This document shows, one piece after another, positions 1 to 9,619 of a DNA stretch of 40,926 bases. Below the pieces are notes generated by a model. It had not been told where the DNA came from and did no database searches. It saw only the letters and a program-made list of their open reading frames with translations. A program made the position numbers and the translations under genes. The first letter of the stretch is position 1, and every line of letters starts with the position of its first letter. The DNA lies in contig NC_068995.1 in the NCBI RefSeq assembly GCF_001194135.2, positions 22,409,495 through 22,450,420 of the forward strand. Direction: 5' to 3'. The stretch comes from Octopus bimaculoides (Eukaryota).

Positions 1-40
<40 letters not shown>

Positions 41-45
41 TATAT

Positions 46-81
<36 letters not shown>

Positions 82-88
82 ATGTGTG
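1..88. repeat. (TA)n/(TG)n compound microsatellite
   Basis: Direct reading of dinucleotide runs at the window start. Confidence 0.95.
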
Positions 89-424
89 TTCTAGGGAATT
101 AGTACACCCCTCCTGCGTGATGAGTTGAGTGAGAGGCTACTATAAGTAAGGTGACGTCGGACAGTATCAGAAATACGTGGAATAGGTTTACACTGTGTTG
201 TTACTCGTTTCTTTGATGATTTAGTAATTATACTACGATATTCAGTGGAAATTATAGCGATCCAACCTTTGAGGATAATAACACAGTTACGGCTGGGGAT
301 TGTAAAGTGCCAGATAGAACATTCATTATCGGCGACTTCTGTAGATAATAATAATCTGTCAGAGTGAGTACCGTCGCACAAGGACAGAATATAACAATAT
401 ACCATGTATCCTCTACTTGATTTT

Positions 425-800
425 GTCATTAAACTGCAGGAAAGCTCATGTGCCGCCTTGAAGAATTTTAAACCGAATAAATGCCCACCAATTGTCGTTT
501 AAGCCTTGTACTTATTCTATCGGTTTCTTCTGCCAAACCATTAAATTAAAAGGATATAAACATGACAACATACGGTTGTGAAGCGGTGGTGGAGAACAAA
601 TATGTACATAAAGACACATATATAGATATACATATATACACACTGGGCTTCTTTTAGTTTCCGCCTACCAAATTCACTCACATGGCTTTGATCGGCCCGG
701 ACCTCTAGTAGAAGACACCTGCCCAAGGTTCTACGCAGTGAGACTGAACCCAGAACCCCGTGGTTACGAAGCAAACTTCTTACCAATCAGCCACAATCCA
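425..800 (-). mobile_element. tRNA-derived SINE (Octopus-type), near full length
   Basis: Minus-strand head has A-box-like TGGCTGATTGG and B-box-like GGTTCAGTCTC. Body segments recur in the window at 23452-23527 and 27050-27250. Confidence 0.8.
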
Positions 801-984
801 TTTTGAGCTTGATGGGTCTTCAAATTTAATAATGACTACTTGTTCAATTAGTGAATTAGATTATATGATTCTTCAGCTTGTATACATCCAAAATATTTAC
901 TAGCAATGCACTAAATGCATAACTCTAACCGATACACTAACTATAAGAACAAAAATATCGTTTATTAAATCAGAATCCTGAATA

Positions 985-1676
985 AACAAGTCGAAACCTG
1001 TGCTGTAGAAATGTTTTGTTTTTCACGCACTTTTGTCCAGGAAATCCGAGGGAGGTATTTTTCCACAGTCCTAACGTACATAACCAGTGGCTAGATAAAG
1101 GGCCAGCTTCCGGCAGTTTGAACAGAAGGTGATGCTTGCTTTGTGTCTGGAAGCATTATGAGAGGATAATTCACTACGAGTTACTTTTGGACAGTCGAAC
1201 CATCGATGCCAACCTGTACTACCAACAGCAGAATTGGGTACATAACATTGTGCTGCAAAAATACCCGGCGATAGTTAACAAAAAGCGAACTCTTCTGAGT
1301 AAGAGAACGCAAGACATCCTACCCATCAAATAACCAGGAATAAAGTTCAGATACTTGAGGGAATCGAACTGATGCGCACCCAGGATATAGCGAGAACCTA
1401 GCTCCTTAACATTATTATTTAATCTGATCTATGGCTCGCATCTTGCCCTCGCGATGCTTCATCAACCAAGTGAAGACAGAAGCTTCAGTGAAGTTCTTCT
1501 CCTCGAAGGACAATAAGTAATATCAGCGTGGTATCAAAGAAATGGCAGAAAAGTGACATCAGATGGTGCAACAAGATGACTTCTAATTTGATTGCTAGGA
1601 TGCTTTTGTTGTAACTTGACGAATAAAGCAAATAAGTTTCCAATACATTGCAAAACCTTCAGCTCGACGCAATAGA
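985..1676 (+). mobile_element. mariner (DD34D) transposase 3' fragment, decayed
   Basis: Frame-broken peptides KVMLCVWKHYERIIHYELL (cf. KVMLCVWWD..GVIHYELL), TIDANLYYQQ, ENARHP (cf. DNARPH) and HPGYSENLAP (cf. HPPYSPDLAP). Ends in a TIR-like CAGCTCGACGCAATA. Confidence 0.85.
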
Positions 1677-1699
1677 ATTTAATTTTGTCTTAAAACCAC

Positions 1700-2200
1700 A
1701 TTGAAACAGTTCGAAATGCTCTTCACAAATCTAGGTCAACATTACTGCAGATCTTTACCCTTAGGAAATATGTAGAAGCGAGCAGAGTCTGCATATAAAT
1801 TAAATTTGTGGATTTCTCTATGCTTTTGAAGATATCATCCGAAGAGGTGTATTATATATTCTGTTGAAATGCTATATGCTCGATGAGATCATCAAAGCCG
1901 TCACTATAAATTATGTCATGCAATTACGTTTGTTGCAAAGAAGTGCAGTCCAAATAAAGTGTTTCCCAACATACGAATCCAACAAGGTGCTTCATCTCAC
2001 TTTGTAATTGCGGTAGTCTATGTCATTAGGCAAAGATTGATGTCGTCTAATCAAAAGCTTCATGATTATTAGAAGTGATAAAACTGCCAGCACAATATGC
2101 ATTTCTTAGATCTTGCCTATGCTGATAATCTTGTCCTTACAGCTTATCCACTTCATACTACGCAACTTTATGCTATTAGGCTTGTTAAGAACACGCAAGG
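1700..2200 (+). mobile_element. non-LTR (RTE-like) reverse transcriptase fragment, decayed
   Basis: Peptides KSRSTLLQIFTLRK, FVDFS, IQQG and HFLDLAYADNLVL (YADD-like, 2118-2129) occur in RT domain order. Confidence 0.7.
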
Positions 2201-2876
2201 ATGCAATAAATGAGTTCATTCTAGTCTTCAGTGCAAGACTGCCAGGCTCGTCTCTTCATGCCTTCTGTAGAACGTGTTCTCTATGGAGCCAAAACATGAT
2301 TAGGAAGGAGATAGTTGAGTTAACATCAAGAAACGTAGGGAATCTTGAACTTCGTTAAATTAATTTAAAAATTAATTAATTAAAAAACTGAAAGGAAGCA
2401 AACATTTCTAGAGCCAATAGTTATATCATTGATTGAATATTCACATTTAGAAATAAATTTTGCTTCATACTATTCTGCGCCCTACTTTCAGATTAATTTC
2501 CTATAGACATTACATGCCACACTACAAGTTTGATAAATTTTCATAGGTTGGATTAAAAGTAAATCCTATTTGAAAATTAAGATAAAACCGAACATTTTAT
2601 ATTTATTGACCAAATTCAAGTTTTCAAACATTCATTTCTTGATCTTACCCAGCTACTATTTTCGTAGGCTTTCCATATTAGACTGTATTAACATGTTATC
2701 GTACTTAGATATTTATCCATTTTAAAGCTTATTTACCATCTATGTTTACCATGCCACATTCACGCTACAATTAATTTTTCACTTTAAAGTGATTACCATT
2801 TTATTTTGGGGAAAATTTTATGAAACATTATGACGTAATGCTTGAGTATTCCTCCGCATTTGTGTCATTAATATTA

Positions 2877-4120
2877 TATTGCGTAATCTCATAAATAAAG
2901 CGTTCTTTTTTCTCAATTGCGATGAGGGGACGGGATAAACCACCTGCATTAACTTGCTCTAAATGCAGGTAAAAATTTCACATTGTCCTTATTTTTACGG
3001 CCAGTCTTGAAAAGAGCAGTTCGATTTTAACAGTTATTATTTCAAAGCTATACTGTGACAAAGGTGAATATTCGGCATGTTTTGCTTTATGAGTTCAATA
3101 AAGGCAACGCAACGGAAAGTGCGGGGAATATGGGGATCGGGAAATAAGCAGGATACGGGTATCGGGAAATAAGCGTAAGCCAGTGTCAACGGTGGTTCCA
3201 GAAATTCCGAGCCCGAAAGTTACAGCCTAGTAGACGATTCTCGTCCTGGAAAATCTGTAGAGCTCAACTAGGAGTTCCTGCAAACCCTGGTGGAACAAAA
3301 CCTCATTGTATCTGTTGAGGAAACAGCAGAGAATCTTGGATTTTGTCATTCAACTATTCATAGACACCTGCGTGTCATCGGAGGAGTCAGCAAATTGGAT
3401 TAACGGGTTCCTCACAAATTTTCCGAGACTAATCGCGCGCAGAGAGTGAATGTGCGCTCTACTTTGCTGTCAAGCCTCACGAATAAAAATTATTTGGACC
3501 GAATAGTGGCTGGTGAAGAGAAATGGTCTCTCTACAAAAATGTCATGCACCGAAGACAGTGGACAGGGAAAGGACAGTGCGTAGGAAAAGGACAGTGCGT
3601 AGGGAAAGTAGAAATAGAGGGCGTAGAGAAAGGAGAGTGTGTAGGGAAAGGAGTCAGTGGGTAGGCACCCCAGGCTAAAGAAGGTCTTCACCCACGTAAA
3701 GTGTTGTTATATGTTTGGTGGGATATGAAAGGTTTAGTCCACTTTAAACTTTTAGGCCCAAACCAAAAGATAAAGTAGATCTACTACGAACAGCGTGATC
3801 GGCCAAATACAGCGAGGATGATATTCTAAAGGCTGGAGCAGGTTGAATTGGAAACAATACCCCACCCACCGTATTCGCCGGACATTGCCCCATTTGATTG
3901 TCATTTTTTTCCGCGGTCTTTAAAATCATTTGGACGAAAAAATATGAATTCTGCAGAGGAGGTCAGAACAGTAGTGGAGGAGTATTTTCCGTCTCGGACA
4001 AGCGAATTTTGGAAGAGGGGCCTTGCAAGTCTACCAGATAGATGAAAGAGGATTGGTTTCATACAGTACTATCATGCGGTATTTTTATTTCGTCAGTATT
4101 AAAGGCAGACATAATAAACC

Positions 4121-4125
<5 letters not shown>
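2877..4125 (+). mobile_element. mariner element, near full length (~1.25 kb), inactivated
   Basis: Degenerate TIRs (TATTGCGTAATCTCATAAAT ... ACCTAATA). Peptides IRHVLLYEFNKG, QRWFQKFR, WVPH-equivalent, DRIVAGEEKW, KVLLYVWWD and HPPYSPDIAPFDCHF. Contains stops, frameshifts and a deletion over the second catalytic D region. Confidence 0.9.
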
Positions 4126-4152
<27 letters not shown>

Positions 4153-4180
4153 TGTATAAATATATCTATATATATATATA

Positions 4181-4411
4181 NNNNNNNNNNNNNNNNNNNN
4201 NNNNNNNNNNNNNNNNNNNNNNNNNNNNNNNNNNNNNNNNNNNNNNNNNNNNNNNNNNNNNNNNNNNNNNNNNNNNNNNNNNNNNNNNNNNNNNNNNNNN
4301 NNNNNNNNNNNNNNNNNNNNNNNNNNNNNNNNNNNNNNNNNNNNNNNNNNNNNNNNNNNNNNNNNNNNNNNNNNNNNNNNNNNNNNNNNNNNNNNNNNNN
4401 NNNNNNNNNNN
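4181..4411. other. Assembly gap (N) in (TA)n; similar gaps at 5463-5723, 7637-7646, 14262-14486, 15020-15969, 18921-19227, 21448-21748, ~29816-29825 and 40421-40733
   Basis: N runs, mostly flanked by (TA)n, consistent with unresolved microsatellites. Confidence 0.98.
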
Positions 4412-4594
4412 ATATATATATATATATATATATATAAAGTAGTCGTATACTGTCAATTTAACGTGACAATCCCAATGAGGGAATCATACTACTGCTATTT
4501 AGCCCTAGGAAGCTGGACCGCTTCCTGTCGGCTTTGTCCTGTGTCCTTATGTTTCCAAGGGGAAGACAAGCTCCTCCACCCAGCCAAGCCTGCA

Positions 4595-4637
4595 TTCATG
4601 GATATGTTTCTGAGTTTTTGCTCGTCATCAGCCTGAA
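4595..4637 (-). ncRNA. Minimal type I hammerhead ribozyme motif (mutated copy)
   Basis: Minus strand reads TTCAGG-CTGATGA-C-GAG-CAAAAA-CTC-A-GAAA-CATATC-CATGAA. Stem II is intact, the cleavage triplet is ATC and helix I has one mismatch. Confidence 0.6.
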
Positions 4638-4710
4638 GTAGCATGAGTAGCTGGCTGATGATGCCTGTCAAGCTCTTGCAAACATATATTCAGCCAGATA
4701 GTCATGCTAC

Positions 4711-4753
4711 TTCAGGCTGATGACGAACAAAAACTCAGAAACATGTCCCTGAA
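4711..4753 (+). ncRNA. Minimal type I hammerhead ribozyme motif (PLE-type)
   Basis: TTCAGG-CTGATGA-CGAACAAAAACTCA-GAAA-CATGTC-CCTGAA. Helix I TTCAGG/CCTGAA is perfect, the CUGAUGA and GAAA cores are present, stem III contains palindromic ACATGT and the cleavage triplet is GTC. Stem II has one mismatch. Confidence 0.75.
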
Positions 4754-5424
4754 TGCAGGCTAGGCTGGGTGGAGATGCTTGTCTCCCCCTTGTAAACATA
4801 AGGACACAGGAAATGTGTCAAGGCCGACAGGTTCTAAAGTTCTAAAATTATTCAAAAAAATTAAGCTACGTATGTATATCTAAGAATACAAGTAAAGACA
4901 AAAAGGGTATAAAGTATTCGATACCAAAGTGGGGTGGTAGTTTTCTTGGTAAGCCACGTGTAAGCTCATAGCTATTAAATTTATATATTCGTTAGTGTGT
5001 TTATTTGTGGATGTATTGTGCGCGTGTATTTAAATATATCATAAACAATGTAGGCATTTATGATAACGATTTTTGTTCGCTAAAACTTGGAACGCTCATA
5101 ACAATATTTTGTGGAAGTCAGAAGTAATTTGATGAACCACTTGATATATTTGATATAACGAATATACGCAACAAGTTTGCAATAATATACAAATCACAAA
5201 TAATGATTCTTTTTATTATTGAATCATGTGATACAATGTCTATTCAAATAACTTCGTCAAATGTATACTAATAGAATTTTCAATTATTCATTATCAATCG
5301 TGTATTTTCATGTATACAAAAGTATGTATACAAATATACATACAGACATATGCATTTATACGAATATCTATCTATTTATCAAGCTCTCTCTCTGTTAATC
5401 TCTCTCGCTCTTTCTCTCTGTATA

Positions 5425-5458
<34 letters not shown>

Positions 5459-7539
5459 ATATNNNNNNNNNNNNNNNNNNNNNNNNNNNNNNNNNNNNNN
5501 NNNNNNNNNNNNNNNNNNNNNNNNNNNNNNNNNNNNNNNNNNNNNNNNNNNNNNNNNNNNNNNNNNNNNNNNNNNNNNNNNNNNNNNNNNNNNNNNNNNN
5601 NNNNNNNNNNNNNNNNNNNNNNNNNNNNNNNNNNNNNNNNNNNNNNNNNNNNNNNNNNNNNNNNNNNNNNNNNNNNNNNNNNNNNNNNNNNNNNNNNNNN
5701 NNNNNNNNNNNNNNNNNNNNNNNTATATATATATATATATTTGTATATATACTTACATGGTAGGATATATATATATATATATACATCCATGAATATATGT
5801 GTATGTGTGTGTCTTTCTCTTTCTGTTTGTTTAACGCTCTGATGTAAAGCCAAGTGCTTTTGTATATAAATACGTATAATAGTATATGTATGTGTCTGTA
5901 TATATGTGTGTGTGCGTGCGTGTGTGCGTGCGTGTGTGCATGCGTGTGTGCGTGTGTGTGTGCGTGTGTGTGTGTGTATGTGTGTGTGTGTTTTTGTGTG
6001 TATGTGCGGTGTTTCACAAGAAAGAAATTATATAATCACGATTGCGGTGTTGATCACTCATTTCATCATTCGACATTTACATATATATATTTATTTACAC
6101 GCAGGTACATATACATATAAATATATGAGTGTGTATGTATATATATGTACAATTATATATGTGTGGGTGTGTGTGTGTGTGTGTGTGTGTATTTATGTAT
6201 GTATGTATGCATGTAGGCATGTATGTATGCGTAGACACGCACATGCTCACACAGAATCATATACATATGTAGATGAATCATTTGGAAGAAAGCTAGGGCA
6301 TGCATAATTTCATTATAAATGTTTAATTGATCTCGTGGAAACCATTTCCTCAGGTCTCCATGCAAGTTATTATAATCCTCAAGCGTAATGCATTACTTGC
6401 TACAGCACGAAACTAGTTGTGCTGGAGCCATTTCCAACAGACTCTGAGTCTGAACGTTAGATAAATTTATTGGTGTAAGGAGATCTCTAGAATTGGTGAA
6501 TAAAATTGGCCATCAAAGGGAAAGTCATGCACGAGATATGCAAATTGCATGATGGAAACTGTTTATGTATTTTTTCAATATTTCCATAGAAGTTATGTAA
6601 TACCTTTAACTATAACATTTTCTTCTATATAAGTTTTCAATTGCTTTTAACTTTACTTTCTTTCCAAAATGTAACGATCTCACCGTCCAATTTGTTAACC
6701 GTTTATGGATTTAAAATATATCAATATTCTTTTTGTTTTCTTAGGCACCAGACCAACTGTCGTTTCTGTATAAGTATGTTCAGTTAAATAGATTCCACTG
6801 TATTTAATGGCACTTCTTCTATCGACCAGGTGTATTCAAATACAGCATTGGATTCTGCAATTGTTGAAAAATTGAATATAGAGGGTTTAAGTACTCACAG
6901 TAAAGTTTAATATTTTTTCTTCCTGTGTGTTTTATATCTGTTCCAAACTGAAGTAAAACTGTGAATATCATAGTAAATAATATAACCCCTGGCGAATTTC
7001 CTTCTTCAATGAAATTTACCCAGAATGTTTTCTTTTTTTAAATATATTTGACTGCATATACACGTACAATACCTATTGGAAAACATGAAAACCACTACTC
7101 AAAAACTTTAATAAAATAAAATAATTTTATTACAGTTTCCTGATACAAGGTTAAGCACTTTAAGTGTTCGGAGTAGTGTAAAAAGTACATTTCCAATGAT
7201 TGCAGTTTTACAAGTCATTTTCAATTTTCAAGTATCATTGTAACTCCGTTGACTAGTATTATAGATCAGTAATAATCAAGAATAAAAAACAGATGTAACA
7301 AATATTTGAGTGGGTAGATAGGTTGTGTATTTCATACTAAGCTAGACCTCCTTTCTAAACAGAAAAATTCTAACTTCTACGTCATTAAATTTGAGTGAAA
7401 CAGAAAGCATAGAAATTACACACAAGTATATCATTATAAGCAATATGCCGTTAAGAATATTAAGGATAAAGTTTTGATGCGAAATTTAACTAAATGCTGA
7501 ATAAACTACATTTTAACAAAAGAAAAGCGACAGCAATGA

Positions 7540-7636
7540 TGTTGACGATGACGATGATGATAATGATGATGATGATGATGACGACGACGACGACGACTAC
7601 CATGATTATGATGATGATGATGATGATGATGATGGT
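7540..7636. repeat. (GAT)n/(GAC)n microsatellite
   Basis: Direct reading; abuts a 10-N gap. Confidence 0.9.
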
Positions 7637-7646
7637 NNNNNNNNNN

Positions 7647-8185
7647 TAACCCACTGACCCAATTTGCTGACTTCTCCGATGGCACGCTGGTGTCGATGAA
7701 TGGTTGAATGACTAAATCCAATCTCCACTGTTAGTCTCTCAACAGTTACGATGGGATTATGTCCCGCCAGACTTTGCAGACCGTCCTCATCGAGCTCTAC
7801 AGATCTTCCAGAACTAGGCTGATCTTGTAGGCTGTAGTTTCTGGCTCGGAATTTCTGGAAGCACCGTTGACACTAGCTTACGCTTATTGTCCGATCTCCA
7901 TATACTGCATTGATATTCCTTGCACTTTCCGTTGCGTTGTTGCTTTTATTGAGCTAATAAAGCAAAATATGCGGGACATGCTCCTTTGTCGCTTCCATTA
8001 TAACTTTGAGACAAATAGCTGTTAAAATCGAACTGCACTCTTCAAAACTTGCACTAAGAATAAGAAGAAGATAACATTACTACCTGCCTTTTATAGCAAG
8101 TTAATGCAGGTAATTTATCCCGTCTCCCTCCGATTTTTCGTTCATGCAATTTAAAAAACCGCATTATTTATGGGAAGCGCCAATA
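7647..8185 (-). mobile_element. mariner 5' half, same family as 2877-4125
   Basis: TIR TATTGGCGCTTCCCATAAATAATGCGG. Start MEATKEHVPHILLY* (ATG at 7998). Co-linear similarity to 2877-3420; truncated at the gap. Confidence 0.88.
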
Positions 8186-9619
8186 CATAAGTTTGTAAGA
8201 AGGGAAAATATATTAGGCTGCTAAATCTATCTTTAAGAGATAAGTTGAAATCCTACCATTGACTATGATTTTATAAACAAAAAACGAAAATCACGGACAT
8301 CAAATTTCCAAAACAAAGCAAAAAATACTGGTATCAATTAACTATATACTAGACTGTGGTTGAAGAATATAATTGCATATGTAAATGTGATATATTTTGA
8401 AACAGCATGAAATATTCTAACAATTGTTAGCTTTGACATATATTTTTGAATATTGCCTATGAATTCACGTAAATCTTGATGTGTTATGCTTTTGTCTGAG
8501 TTGCATGACTTTTGTTTTCGTCATTACTTCTTTTTTCTTTTCTGTGTGTTAGTTTCCAAAATTTTCATTGAATTTTCGTTTTGTCTTCTTTTCTTTCTGC
8601 GTAAATCATGTGACAAATGATCATACCTTAAGGCAATCTTATAGTTAAAATATCAATTTATCTTTTAATATCTTGACAGCCTCTTAACAATCTGTAAAAT
8701 GATACGTGTATTATTGTCTAGAAGTGCATTTAAGAAATTTTGGTATTAGTTTTTTATACATAATTGATCATATTCAAAACCACTAATTACTCGTTATTTA
8801 AATTCTGTGTAGCTGTTATTATTAAGAAAGATATAAAAAGATGGATATAACTGTGAAATATATTAAGTACTTTTAATATTTATTTCAACATGCTCATGAA
8901 TTGAATTAATAGCCCGTCAACTTAGCCAACATCATTTTGTTCCGGTTGGTAAAGAAAGATAGGGTTTCAGAAGAGAATGAAAATACTTGAGGTGAGTTTC
9001 CCGTACACATTTTTCTTCAAACTATAACAGGCAGGATACATACATTGTACAATATAAACTATTTCTTATTTACTACTAGTTATACTTGCCTGAAAAGTGT
9101 TAGAAGATACTGGTGACTGCGCGATATGTATTTACTAATAGTTTAAATAAGTGTTGTATATCAAGGCGATGGATTTGTAGAATCGGTACAATGCTAGACA
9201 TAATTACTTGTGAATTCACATTTTGTTTCTTTATGAGCTGACATTTATCCCCATCATAGCAGATATGTAAATCATCCCTTGTTGATAAATTATATTACCA
9301 GTGAAGTACACAGAGCGATTAAACCAGTGTGCCTAAGTTCAAAATGATTTTGTTCTATTGATGATAATTGATTTGGTGTGTTTTACTTGTAAACCAATGA
9401 AACCTGTTTAAATTCTTCAGAAATACATGGTATATAATACGCACAAACACACACACACACACACATTATGTATTTACGTATGTTTCGGTGAGTTGTATCG
9501 CACGTTCGATGTAAGATATAACAGCATAATAAATAATGTTCTCGCAAATCGTTCTACTCAAGATTCACAACAATATTTGTAATTACGTACGACAAAACGC
9601 AACTCTGCTCTACACAGCT

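Larger units (their letters stand above)
4524..4831. repeat. Long inverted repeat (foldback) of Penelope-like terminal sequence; arms 4524-4658 and 4690-4831
   Basis: The reverse complement of the right arm matches the left arm at about 90% by eye, with one 7-nt indel and a 31-nt spacer. Confidence 0.92.

Noticed and set aside
91-429. 112-aa minus ORF and a plus-frame TFIIGDF resembling a LINE endonuclease motif
   Set aside because: Single short motif with no supporting neighbours.
2352-2385. AT palindromes TTAAATTAATTTAA and AATTAATTAATT
   Set aside because: Expected by chance in very AT-rich DNA.
4023-4456. Long ORFs spanning N-gaps (also 5310-6017, 14133-16154, 18876-19262, 21396-21767, 40298-40768)
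   Set aside because: Artefacts of N runs and (TA)n giving YIYI/X strings.
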